Origin: an uncultured virus (IMG/VR IMGVR_UViG_3300008050_000035)
Taxonomy: Duplodnaviria > Heunggongvirae > Uroviricota > Caudoviricetes
DNA length: 64,000 bases
IMG/VR virus record: IMGVR_UViG_3300008050_000035
Coordinates: 1-64,000 of that record
Direction: 5' to 3' (one strand)
Numbering within the stretch: position 1 is the first letter of the stretch; the number at the start of each line of letters is the position of its first letter. Below the pieces are notes generated by a model. It was not told where the DNA came from. It did not search any database and worked only from the letters and a program-made list of their open reading frames with translations. Positions 9,444 through 19,050 of the stretch are shown piece by piece. A program made the translations under genes and the position numbers.

Positions 9444-11675
9444 TTAAGGATTAATATCATATCCAGCAGTGCCAGCCGAAGCCACAATAAGCAAGATCTT
9501 GACATCAACAGCTATGCTGTCGACAGGGTCACCACTAGTAAAGAACCTTTCCCAATGGAACGCTTGTGATGCATTGCCTTCTGCAGAAATACAAATATGA
9601 ATCTGATTGCCACTAGTAGTTCCGTCATCTCTTTGCAGGTAAGCTATAATTTTCTCACCTCCGCCATCTTCAGTACCAAAGCGCCCGGCGCCGCAAGTAT
9701 ACCACTTGTTAAGAAAACTAGCATGACTGCTTTTAACCTGAATCGTATAGCCTAGAATTGCATTCACTCCTTTCTCGTCAACGTACTGATTGACTAAATA
9801 AGAAGGAATATCAATGTTTTGTTGCCAATGTTGCACATCGTCAATTTGAGACATTGCTGCATCAGCAGTAGCCTCAAAGGTCACGTCTTGTTGTGAAAAG
9901 TACAGGAACTGAACATTTGGACAAACCCAAGCATCGTTATCAACAGATCCGGTTGAAGTAGTTGTAGCATAAGCATAAGAATGACTACCATCAGTATCGC
10001 CATTTTGATGAGAACCATTCTCTTCAATAGACCAAATTGGAAGCTGATCAGTGCTATAGGCACTCGCAAGAGGGCCAGCTATGACACTGTCTTGAGCAAT
10101 AGCACTATTAATAGCATCAACATGTCCAGCAAGAGCCTCAATCGACACAGCCGGCTTATTAATAACCCCAGTGCCAGCAGCATGTGGATCACCAGTACTA
10201 TACTCAACAAGTAAGCCGCCACGAATGGTTACATCTCCACCATCTGCGTCCAAGACAATGTCATCAGCAGCGACAATGTTAACAGAACCTCCAGTAGACT
10301 CGAGGTTTAGCGAACCGGGAGCCTTGAGGTATCCGGCAGTACTTTGGTTGTAGAGTCTTGGACCAAGCAAATCACCAAAATAAAGACTATAGCTAAGCCC
10401 ACTACTGTCATAATATCCACCTGGACTAGCGCCAGACTTGCCAATTACCAAATGACCTCGTAAGACGTTCTCATCATTCCAGTCGTTTTCACTAGCATGA
10501 TAACCATACCTGTGCAGATACTGAGGAGCATAGTTGCCTTCGATGTTAGATTTGGTAAAACCGCCCTGACTTCCCCAAGGGCCAACAGTCCAGTCAGTAA
10601 TACTAGTTGCAGGAACCATTGGTTCTCCAAAGTTCCTATCATGTGCATGACGACTCTTTCTGCGAAGATCGTCAATAGCGGTTGTGATGTCAGTACCTAC
10701 AGTAATAATACAAAAGATATCACCGCGATCAACTTCGGTAGTGATATCAACACTACCGATAGTTAAACTTGTCGGACTATCATAAATGTATTCTGCACTG
10801 TCATAAACCTCACCAGTAGTCCAATTCTTCAGAAGAACAAACCCTTCCGGGATGAGCTCTCCAGAAGTATAAGTTGTAGTGATTACTTGAGGAAGTGTAA
10901 GCTGTTCACCATAATTAGGGTCTGCGTCACTCAAAGATGTAGAACTCATATCAACATCAAACTGCGCATGAGTAACTGTAGGAAGACTGATAGTTCTTCG
11001 ACCTTGAGCATCTGGCGGAGAACTTATGGTACAGCCAGTCCCACCAGCAGATAGCTGATTGGGACCAGGAATGACATTAAAACGCCCCCCTTCGTAATTT
11101 GGCCCACCAAACCAGCTGTCGCGACTAATGGCATATGTGACAGTGCCAGGATCAATAGTATCAGTAGCTTGAGTAGTGTAAACACGCCCAAGACCATCTA
11201 CGTAATAGTCACCCACAGTAATCATAGCGCCAACAGCCTTGAGGTTCTCAAAGGCTTCTCCAGTACCGCTTTTAGTAAAGCTCACACTTGCAGTACTCCT
11301 CGGAGGGTATCTAAGAGAAAATTCAGTAACATTTGAAGGTACCGGTTCGGTAATTTCCAAATCATTACCAACAATCATTGGGTTAAGCGCACTAGCAGGT
11401 CCAACAAGCCTTGCTAAATTCACAATATCTAGAGAGCGCGTTTCAGCATTGCTGAGAACACTGCCACCAGAACGACCGTACGCCATAGACAGCCGTGCAC
11501 TTGTTGCACTGCTGTAAGGATAGGATTGACCATGAATATCGCCAACAGCTCTTTCAAGCTGTTGGCTTGCATTCTTTAATTGAGCAACAATACTATTTAG
11601 TTTTGCTGCTGAAGGAGTTTCACCTTCAACGAAGGTCGTAAATACGTTGACCCCTTGCTGTAATTTGTCAGCCAT
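9444..11675 (-). CDS. Putative tail fibre / receptor-binding protein
   Basis: About 743 aa, ATG at 11675 overlapping the upstream TGA. The N-terminal FVEGETPSAAKLNSI motif is typical of fibre/baseplate anchors. G/S/T/D-rich, with a short beta-repeat stretch (SLNLESTGGSVNIVAADDIVLDADGGDVTIRGG). Confidence 0.5.
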   Translation of the reverse strand: MADKLQQGVNVFTTFVEGETPSAAKLNSIVAQLKNASQQLERAVGDIHGQSYPYSSATSARLSMAYGRSGGSVLSNAETRSLDIVNLARLVGPASALNPMIVGNDLEITEPVPSNVTEFSLRYPPRSTASVSFTKSGTGEAFENLKAVGAMITVGDYYVDGLGRVYTTQATDTIDPGTVTYAISRDSWFGGPNYEGGRFNVIPGPNQLSAGGTGCTISSPPDAQGRRTISLPTVTHAQFDVDMSSTSLSDADPNYGEQLTLPQVITTTYTSGELIPEGFVLLKNWTTGEVYDSAEYIYDSPTSLTIGSVDITTEVDRGDIFCIITVGTDITTAIDDLRRKSRHAHDRNFGEPMVPATSITDWTVGPWGSQGGFTKSNIEGNYAPQYLHRYGYHASENDWNDENVLRGHLVIGKSGASPGGYYDSSGLSYSLYFGDLLGPRLYNQSTAGYLKAPGSLNLESTGGSVNIVAADDIVLDADGGDVTIRGGLLVEYSTGDPHAAGTGVINKPAVSIEALAGHVDAINSAIAQDSVIAGPLASAYSTDQLPIWSIEENGSHQNGDTDGSHSYAYATTTSTGSVDNDAWVCPNVQFLYFSQQDVTFEATADAAMSQIDDVQHWQQNIDIPSYLVNQYVDEKGVNAILGYTIQVKSSHASFLNKWYTCGAGRFGTEDGGGEKIIAYLQRDDGTTSGNQIHICISAEGNASQAFHWERFFTSGDPVDSIAVDVKILLIVASAGTAGYDINP

Positions 11676-14125
11676 CAAACGGCTCCTTGTAAGCTAAACT
11701 GGTTAATTCCAGATGCTGCGGGATTAATTGTAATGAAATTTGCACCATCAAGCCCAGCACCTATATTGAAATCTTCAGTAATAAAAGTCCATCCATACGG
11801 AATTGGCAAAGCACCACTGCTGTCTACGCCAGTCAGAGTGTTTGGTAATTGCAAACGCAAACGCACATCATTTGACGTGATGAGTCTACCCGTATATGGA
11901 TCACGACCGTAAGCACCACAACGTACCTCGCTTGGTGCAATGATAACATAAGCACCTAGATTTGTTTCATCATCCGCTGGATCTGGAACTCCCAACAGCC
12001 TGTTTTCAAAAACAAGGGTGTTGCCTTGCACAGCAGTGGGCCGCACAGGCATATAAGCTCCAGCATTACCAGTAATAGGATGCTGAGCATCAAGTGTATA
12101 TTCATAAAGAATTACACGAGCACCTCTCTTAAGAGCACTATCCCACTCTACGGCTTCTTGCTGAAACAACCAAGCAGGTTGAGTGCCAGAAATCCAACTA
12201 GCACTAGGGTTAACCTCAAGAAAGAAACGCACGTAAGGTTCACTATTGCCATCGTACTGTAGTTCTGCCCACCTGACAGGAAGGCTTCTACGAACTCCAG
12301 AAGAATCCTGCAAAAGCAAAGTCCCTTTATTGTAGTCATCAGTATGCTTCATGTACACATCAGCATAACCCAAGCCATGAGGTTCTGTTGCGCTTCCAAG
12401 CGCAACCACATCAACCCTATTGCCAACAGTTCCCAGCACAGGATCATGCTTCAGAATTTGAAACACCCACACTTCGCTTGGCACAACAGTAGTAGTAAAG
12501 TTCACAGTCATATGCGTGTCTGCACCGACATGTTCTGTTTTCGTAACTTCCATAATGGCGTCATCATTGCTATATGGAGCATTGTAAAAACAACTAACTT
12601 GTCCAGCAGTATTACTTTCGGCAGTATAGCTGCTTAAGCTTCCATTCAGCTGTCCAGTCCCACTCTTGATGTAAATAGTCAAATCAACATCTTCTACAGG
12701 GTTTCCAGCAGCATCGAAACCAGTGGCAGTCAGTTTGCTAACATCTGTTCCATAATAAACAGGTCCAAATAGATTTGCGCCAATAAGCGGACTATCACTG
12801 GTAAGAATAACTTCAGCTAAATTCGAATCTTGACTAACTATCTGTACGATATTATTGGCTTTAGTATTGCGTAGAGCACGAACATCAAGCCAAGTACTAT
12901 GATTAGCTGTGCGCAAATTATAGTCGGTGACCTCGTAGTCAACACGGGGGACTGCTTTGTATTTTACATACCAGGCATCAGTAGTGTGCAGACCATGCTG
13001 TCTGTCACTAACAATAGTACCCTTGGTGTGGTCTTGAGCAATTGTGTTATTGAACCCACGCACACAATTAGTAAAAGCATCGCGTGTTTTGCCAAGGTAA
13101 TAAATTTCTTCACTACCAATAACAACAACACCCTGCTCGGGGTAACTGTCTAAATTTTCACTAATGGTAATTCGAATTTCAACATCATAAGCTTCTACCG
13201 TTTCCGCAAGCACAAGCGAAGGAGCTTGGTATCCTCCGGTGTTTATAGTACCTAAATCATAGTTGACGCTAAAATGCTTATCAACAGGAGAGCTAAAGTT
13301 CAAAGAAGGCTGCTCTTCCCATGTGGTTATGTTTCCAGACGAATCGATAGAAACCAATTCAACAGAGCCTTGAGATAAAGGGAAATACTGAAGAAAAAGC
13401 GGACGACCCTCACGAAGACCATCATATTGATGCTCCCAGCTTTCCAAAATATCATCCACGGTACTATATTCTGCCCCCACCTGAATGCTCATGTCTTGGT
13501 TAAAATACAAGACTCCATCTTCAACAAGCATCTCTCGTTTACGTATTTCGACCTGACTCCAATCAGCAGGCAAGCCGTCATTTAATTCAAGTCGGGCACC
13601 ATTGGTAAGAGCACCGGTAAAAGCAGACACAAGTCTGGCTTCTCTAATACTAGAGATTTCATAAGTATCTAAGCGTTTGTAAAGTGCTGCACTGACGCTG
13701 TTGTGTACAGCGTCAGTGCGCAAGCGCAATGCAGTTCTACCATTCACGTCCCAATCTGCTGATTCTGAATAGGAGTAGTCTGAATAGAGATTTCGATAAT
13801 CCCAATAGACACTAAAACCACCAACCGAATATCGAGGCGTCCAGCTAAGATCGTCGCCTAGAGGCATATGAACAATGCTGTCATACTGAATGCCATCAAG
13901 CACGCCGCTTTGCCAATGCGTCAATTTAGTACCATCAAGAAGACCAACTGCGTGACCTCCTACGTGCGTCAAGTATCTGGTGTTGTTGCGAGTGCTAGAT
14001 GAACTTGTTCTTCTGTTCCATACCCAGCCTTCAATATTTTCTGACTGAATGCCAGTCAGAGGGACTGCTTTGTCAGAAGTAGACACATAGTTGTCAACCT
14101 CAAGCACAATCTCTTGATAATCCAT
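11675..14125 (-). CDS. Baseplate/fibre-associated structural protein with an invasin/Big_1-type Ig domain
   Basis: 816-aa ORF. KLTATGFDAAGNPVEDVDLTIY...SNTAGQVSCFYNAP matches the Big_1 pattern. It also has an IGSEEIYY...CVRGFNNT.A..H..G..V module common in phage tail proteins. Confidence 0.6.
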   Translation of the reverse strand: MDYQEIVLEVDNYVSTSDKAVPLTGIQSENIEGWVWNRRTSSSSTRNNTRYLTHVGGHAVGLLDGTKLTHWQSGVLDGIQYDSIVHMPLGDDLSWTPRYSVGGFSVYWDYRNLYSDYSYSESADWDVNGRTALRLRTDAVHNSVSAALYKRLDTYEISSIREARLVSAFTGALTNGARLELNDGLPADWSQVEIRKREMLVEDGVLYFNQDMSIQVGAEYSTVDDILESWEHQYDGLREGRPLFLQYFPLSQGSVELVSIDSSGNITTWEEQPSLNFSSPVDKHFSVNYDLGTINTGGYQAPSLVLAETVEAYDVEIRITISENLDSYPEQGVVVIGSEEIYYLGKTRDAFTNCVRGFNNTIAQDHTKGTIVSDRQHGLHTTDAWYVKYKAVPRVDYEVTDYNLRTANHSTWLDVRALRNTKANNIVQIVSQDSNLAEVILTSDSPLIGANLFGPVYYGTDVSKLTATGFDAAGNPVEDVDLTIYIKSGTGQLNGSLSSYTAESNTAGQVSCFYNAPYSNDDAIMEVTKTEHVGADTHMTVNFTTTVVPSEVWVFQILKHDPVLGTVGNRVDVVALGSATEPHGLGYADVYMKHTDDYNKGTLLLQDSSGVRRSLPVRWAELQYDGNSEPYVRFFLEVNPSASWISGTQPAWLFQQEAVEWDSALKRGARVILYEYTLDAQHPITGNAGAYMPVRPTAVQGNTLVFENRLLGVPDPADDETNLGAYVIIAPSEVRCGAYGRDPYTGRLITSNDVRLRLQLPNTLTGVDSSGALPIPYGWTFITEDFNIGAGLDGANFITINPAASGINQFSLQGAV

Positions 14126-14997
14126 TACTCACCCCAGCCAAGCGGGTGTGCAGCAAGAACTTGATTCCACAGCAACCCCCCATTGCTATTTAGCAGCAAA
14201 GGCTCGAGCTCGCCAGTTTCATCAGAAACTAAAAAGTTTTTGGTTTCGTAATCCAAATCAACATCATTAGCAAACTGCACACGTATTGGTTGCCAATAAA
14301 CTCTATGCGGAAACTCACCATAACGATAATATGCAGTGCCAGCTTGAACATCGTAGCTAATGACAACGCCTTCGTCATAGTCAATCCAATAGTCACCAGA
14401 TTCAGTAACCTGACCTTTAGTATCCTTCAAATCTTGGAATACAGAAAGGTTACTAAACCACATCTCCTTAATGTGTTTATCAGGCATAGCGTTTTGAAAG
14501 CTACCAAAAAGCTGCCTCGCGCTATGCATTTTAGTTGTGTTTCCAATTCTAAGATGATTCGATTTCAAATATTCATCATAGTCATCAAGCAAAGTTAAAC
14601 TAAAATACAGGCTGCCAGTAAAGGCAGCCACTATATCCTCAAGCCACTTGTTTTCTAAAAGAGAGACCTCGAAATCAAGCGCTTCGCTCTCATGATCATG
14701 ATAGGCTCGCAGCCAGGTGCTAGTAACCTCCACATGCGGATCTAGAGCCACGGGTAAGTCTTCTGAATCAAGCACAAGTTCGATATCAAAAACAGGAAGT
14801 TCAAACTCTCCTGCCTTTCTGTTCGTATGTCTAATTAAGCTCTGCCCAGAAGGATCAGAGGGGTCTCGCGCCTCAAGCAACAAGCGTCGTCTATAATCAG
14901 ACAAAAGTTCCTCGGGGAACCTCTCCAAACCATGCCTGAGGCCCAGCTCATCAAGACCCACAGGCATCAAAGTCTCTTCAGGTGTATATGTACCCAT
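14125..14997 (-). CDS. Baseplate wedge protein (P2 gpI / T4 gp7-like N-terminus)
   Basis: GLDELGLRHGLERFPEELLSDYRRRLL matches the LD..G...GL.R..E....YR.RL wedge motif; it lies downstream of baseplate J. Confidence 0.6.
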   Translation of the reverse strand: MGTYTPEETLMPVGLDELGLRHGLERFPEELLSDYRRRLLLEARDPSDPSGQSLIRHTNRKAGEFELPVFDIELVLDSEDLPVALDPHVEVTSTWLRAYHDHESEALDFEVSLLENKWLEDIVAAFTGSLYFSLTLLDDYDEYLKSNHLRIGNTTKMHSARQLFGSFQNAMPDKHIKEMWFSNLSVFQDLKDTKGQVTESGDYWIDYDEGVVISYDVQAGTAYYRYGEFPHRVYWQPIRVQFANDVDLDYETKNFLVSDETGELEPLLLNSNGGLLWNQVLAAHPLGWGE

Positions 14998-16595
14998 CAG
15001 TAACTAACCTCCACTTGGCTATACTGAGAACGCAACAGCACTTGACCAAGCCGTACATCTGCAAGCCAGACATCTGCCACTTCTTCAAATAAATATACCT
15101 TGGTTGCGTCAGCTACTGCAACATATCCTTCTTTACTGAAAGACATACCTATTGGGTTCAACACAGTCGTATCAATTGTTCTTTGAGCAACCAAACGACT
15201 AGCCAGTACGGCAGTCGTACTTGTAGTAGTGTCTCTGGAAGTGACGGTTGTGCAACTGTACTCCCATTGACCCACCTGATCGTACTCAGTACTAAATCTA
15301 AAATCATTCCAGGTATTCTCAGCACGCTGAGCGTCTGGGTTGGGTGCAACGATCCAGGCTGCAGTTGTGCCCCAAGTGGTCTTATCTGTCTGCAAGTATT
15401 CAATCGTTGCGTCAGGTGCTAGACGCTTGATCTGGATCTTGACAATACCATTCCTATTGCGAACAAAATCAGTATAAACGAATTCAGCATCTCCGAACTT
15501 TACTCGATGACGAAGAGGTACCAGCTCCAAATGGGTTCTCGGCGTTTCAACATCAGCGCTCTCTACATAGTCAAACGTCGAGAGCTCATGATCATAAACG
15601 TGCAACCTCCCCTGGGCATCCAAGACATACAGCTTGGATGTCTCATGATTGATCGCCAAATCAATTGCTGTGTACGGGTCTCCAGAAGAGTCCAAAAGGA
15701 CTACTTCAGCCAGGATCTCAGTGTTGTCCGGAGCTACAATCGACGGCCGACGGTATTCTTCGCCAAGCTTCAACCGCTCTGAACTATATTCGACGTAAGA
15801 ATACGTAATGCTATCAACTACCTGAGTAGATAGTGACAGTCTGAGCTGACCCTCAAAATCATCAAAAACAGCAGATCTGTAAGGATCTGTTTCAAAAGCG
15901 TTTTGCTGAGCAAACCAACTAACTATAGTGTCACCATCGAAACCTTCAAGAACAATCTCGGTAACAGTTTTAAAAATATTACGTGTATAAAACACGCCAT
16001 CATCAAGTATCCGAATGTACTCTCTGCACTTCCTGTCGTTTTCGTCAGTGCCAGCAACCTGTACAACATGCCTGCCAGTGTACTCTCTGTCTTGAGTAGC
16101 ATTAGATCGGCTATAAAAAGTACTGTTTTCTACTACAATGCAAAGCCTTTCTGGCTTTGGTGGATCAGTTGTGACGTGCGGAGAATTGCTGTTCCAAACT
16201 TGAAAAGTTGAGTAAGAGAAATCTGTCACCTCAAGAAGACGATCTGGTGGCGCATGCAGAAATTCAACAACTTCTGCAACTCGACTACAAGTATAATCAA
16301 CATTACTATCGGTCCCAACTACAGTTGGATACGAATATTTAGACACGCCAGGACTTGTGCTGGTTTTCGGATATAAATCTTCATCACTCAAACCAAAAGC
16401 CCAAATTCTACCTACACCCAGATATTTCTTAAGGAGTCTAAAGTCTTGAGAAACATTAACACTGGTAATGGTTTGCTCTTCAAGCATCTCTGAGAAAGTA
16501 CCAAAAAACCTTTGAGCTACGCTACTGGGGTCTCGTCTAGCCTTAGTCCAGAGAGGAAAGCTATTGGCAATTTGCTGTGTTCTAAAACCACTCAC
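14997..16595 (-). CDS. Baseplate-associated structural protein
   Basis: 532-aa ORF with a GTG start and GAGGT ribosome-binding site, directly after baseplate J; the N-terminal FPLWT motif is wedge-like. Confidence 0.5.
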   Translation of the reverse strand: MSGFRTQQIANSFPLWTKARRDPSSVAQRFFGTFSEMLEEQTITSVNVSQDFRLLKKYLGVGRIWAFGLSDEDLYPKTSTSPGVSKYSYPTVVGTDSNVDYTCSRVAEVVEFLHAPPDRLLEVTDFSYSTFQVWNSNSPHVTTDPPKPERLCIVVENSTFYSRSNATQDREYTGRHVVQVAGTDENDRKCREYIRILDDGVFYTRNIFKTVTEIVLEGFDGDTIVSWFAQQNAFETDPYRSAVFDDFEGQLRLSLSTQVVDSITYSYVEYSSERLKLGEEYRRPSIVAPDNTEILAEVVLLDSSGDPYTAIDLAINHETSKLYVLDAQGRLHVYDHELSTFDYVESADVETPRTHLELVPLRHRVKFGDAEFVYTDFVRNRNGIVKIQIKRLAPDATIEYLQTDKTTWGTTAAWIVAPNPDAQRAENTWNDFRFSTEYDQVGQWEYSCTTVTSRDTTTSTTAVLASRLVAQRTIDTTVLNPIGMSFSKEGYVAVADATKVYLFEEVADVWLADVRLGQVLLRSQYSQVEVSY

Positions 16596-16602
16596 TTAAA
16601 CC

Positions 16603-17826
16603 TCACGTATAACGAATACTAAGAGTTCCTAAATCAGCATACTCATCTTCATCCATTGAGTAATACGAATTCTCTAAGATATCTCTCTCTGTAGTAAGCC
16701 CACTGCTAGGACCTTTTCGAATATAAACAGTTTCAAAAACCTGCTCAGGCTTGCCAAGATTAGTAAACCTAATGGTTCCACCAGCATAAACACTGAGTTC
16801 ACGAGTGGCAGCTTTCAAATCTATAGTTCCGCCAATACCTTGACTGCGAAAATGGTTTCTAAGACCACGACGTACGCTAAGCTCAAACTGACGTTTTTGA
16901 GAAGTAGTAAGAGAACTAGTGGTCGCGACTTCCATCTCGATATCTAAAAATACACTAGTTGGTGCAACTGCACGAAGCAGTGCACCTGGACCTTGAATCT
17001 CATTCAAACGAGCCTGCACACCTCTAATCGTATTGTTATTACTTTGATTCTCAGGACCAACAACAACAACACCTACAGTGCCAACACCAAAATAACCATT
17101 TATAATTCTTGTATCCAGCACCCCTGGTACACGTAAACTTTGTAAATGTAGTTTAGAATTGTTAGAACTAGCCAAAGTATCATATCTTCGGCTTAGTCTA
17201 AAACGATAATTTCTGTCATGCTCTCTTGGGCGTCCATTCAAGATAGAATAAAAATTGGTCACCAAAAGGCCAGTGCCAGCACTATAGCTAGAAAAGCTAT
17301 GGTTGATTAGCATGCCACCACCAAGATTGCTATTGTTACCAGAAGCAACGGCTCGCACAGGTACAAAGCCTACAGACCTGCTAGCAAAGAGGGTAACATC
17401 TGCAGTGGTTCTGTATCTGATAGAAGCACCAAGGTCATTTTCATTCTCATTGGAAAAGATTTCAGTACCAGCAGGAATCGAAATATCAGCACTAGCGTTC
17501 ACACTGCCAAAATCACCACTACTAACGTAGAAAGCTACATTCTGATCTCTTTTCTCCGAAAAAGAATAGGTTTCTGCAAATCTAGGCAACCCCATATCTT
17601 GTCCAAGCTGATCAAGTTGCTGGCCTTTTGCAGTACTGATCTGATTAGCATAAAAAGCTTTGTTTGCATCATTCCGTGCAGCAAGAACTTGATCAACAAA
17701 TACGCTAATAAGCGTATCTGTTTTGCTGTCAGCATCAAAATCAGTAATGCCAGTACGACGAGTAAGCTTGTCTCGGAAATCTCTAGCCAGCACTAAGCTG
17801 TTGGTTCTCTCAGGTAATATTGCCAT
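16603..17826 (-). CDS. Baseplate J / gp6-like wedge protein
   Basis: Motifs ITDFDADSKTDTL, AKGQQLDQLGQDMGLPR, IPAGT, VRAVASGNNSN, REHDRNYRFRL and VPGV...GVGTVGVVV are the Baseplate_J signatures. Confidence 0.88.
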   Translation of the reverse strand: MAILPERTNSLVLARDFRDKLTRRTGITDFDADSKTDTLISVFVDQVLAARNDANKAFYANQISTAKGQQLDQLGQDMGLPRFAETYSFSEKRDQNVAFYVSSGDFGSVNASADISIPAGTEIFSNENENDLGASIRYRTTADVTLFASRSVGFVPVRAVASGNNSNLGGGMLINHSFSSYSAGTGLLVTNFYSILNGRPREHDRNYRFRLSRRYDTLASSNNSKLHLQSLRVPGVLDTRIINGYFGVGTVGVVVVGPENQSNNNTIRGVQARLNEIQGPGALLRAVAPTSVFLDIEMEVATTSSLTTSQKRQFELSVRRGLRNHFRSQGIGGTIDLKAATRELSVYAGGTIRFTNLGKPEQVFETVYIRKGPSSGLTTERDILENSYYSMDEDEYADLGTLSIRYT

Positions 17827-18257
17827 CAGTTTCTCAAACTCACTTTGTTGTCTGTAAGGCTGTAACTGATAACCAGTTGAGTTGCCTCTCTAGTACCCGT
17901 GGGTTGGACTTGTACAAATGCCGCAAGTTGCGTTTTGCTAATTGGAAACACTTGAACTGTAAGCTCGTTAGGAGAAAACAACCCTCCTCGGACGAGCTCG
18001 TTAATAATAACAGTCTCCATTTCAGCTCCAACTTCAGGAGTGTTTGGACGTCCAGCAAATTGTTTTAAATCTGCCCCTAACTGAGAATTATTTTTCCAAT
18101 CGCCTTTCGTGCTTTGTAATTTGGCTTCAATCTTCTGCAAGGCAGACTGCAAATTCTCTTCAGAAGTATCTTTAAGATCTGTGTCACGAGAATCAAGCAT
18201 AAAATCACCAGAATCAATCCAGCGAAAATCATTCATACGCCGTAGTTTAGTACTCAT
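17826..18257 (-). CDS. Baseplate wedge / sheath initiator (gp25/gpW-like)
   Basis: 143 aa. GDF..D, LQSTKGDWKNNSQLGADLKQFAGRPN match the gp25-like pattern; it lies immediately upstream of J. Confidence 0.8.
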   Translation of the reverse strand: MSTKLRRMNDFRWIDSGDFMLDSRDTDLKDTSEENLQSALQKIEAKLQSTKGDWKNNSQLGADLKQFAGRPNTPEVGAEMETVIINELVRGGLFSPNELTVQVFPISKTQLAAFVQVQPTGTREATQLVISYSLTDNKVSLRN

Positions 18258-18625
18258 TAGAAACCTGCCATGCTGGTAGCAATAGCGGCTACCTGCTGAA
18301 TGGTAGGGAGCTGCTCAAGGAGCGGAGGGACAATGATTTGATTTGGAAATGGTGTAGCCACAGTGCTTGGAATCATAGTCAGAGGCCAAGGAAGGTCTTG
18401 AATCATGCCGGCGTATTTCATATTATGACTTAAGCCTTGAATATTTATTCTAGAAGGAGTGCCGCCAGACAGGGTTAAGCTATCTTCCTTAACTCCAATA
18501 AAGCTTTTACCACCTACACCAATGCGCACTTCACCAGGGTCCCCAAGCAAACTGATGTGAGCTTCCACATCCCCAGTTTCGCTCCAATAACTCATGCGCC
18601 ATGTTTTTTGCGGTCTCGTACTCAT
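18257..18625 (-). CDS. Putative central spike component (short beta-repeat protein)
   Basis: 122 aa between the hub and the gp25-like gene, with beta-strand repeats (EVRIGVGGKSFIGVKEDSLTLSGG). Confidence 0.4.
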   Translation of the reverse strand: MSTRPQKTWRMSYWSETGDVEAHISLLGDPGEVRIGVGGKSFIGVKEDSLTLSGGTPSRINIQGLSHNMKYAGMIQDLPWPLTMIPSTVATPFPNQIIVPPLLEQLPTIQQVAAIATSMAGF

Positions 18626-19050
18626 ATAAAACTCACTACGTCAAAGACACCAGTACCACTGCTATTTCGCAGCGGCTTAGTAGGCTCACCTAACAGCACA
18701 AGGCGTCCCTCTTCCGGTCGAAGTCCATTATACATGATTGTACCTCGAACACCTTCTAAAAGAACAGCATTTCCATGAGTCTTTAAAATCTCAGCTTCAC
18801 TAGCCATAAAGGGGACATAGAATTTCCTTTTAGATCTTAAAGCTTGGACCTTAGCCACCATAGTGCCAGGCTCTCTTTTGACAAGATGTGCAATTTCTGC
18901 AGGAACTCCATCCTTATCAAGTGCATCTGCATCATAAACCTGCAGTACCACTACCTCAATAACAGTACGCCCAAGTGCTTGAGGGCGCTTGGATAGCAAT
19001 CTGTTTTGTCGAATTCGCTCCTGTAAGGCATTCCCTGGAATAACTGACAT
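18622..19050 (-). CDS. Putative spike N-terminal (OB-fold-like) baseplate protein
   Basis: 142 aa directly after the hub gene, where the gp5/gpV OB domain normally sits; the assignment is mostly positional. Confidence 0.35.
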   Translation of the reverse strand: MSVIPGNALQERIRQNRLLSKRPQALGRTVIEVVVLQVYDADALDKDGVPAEIAHLVKREPGTMVAKVQALRSKRKFYVPFMASEAEILKTHGNAVLLEGVRGTIMYNGLRPEEGRLVLLGEPTKPLRNSSGTGVFDVVSFI

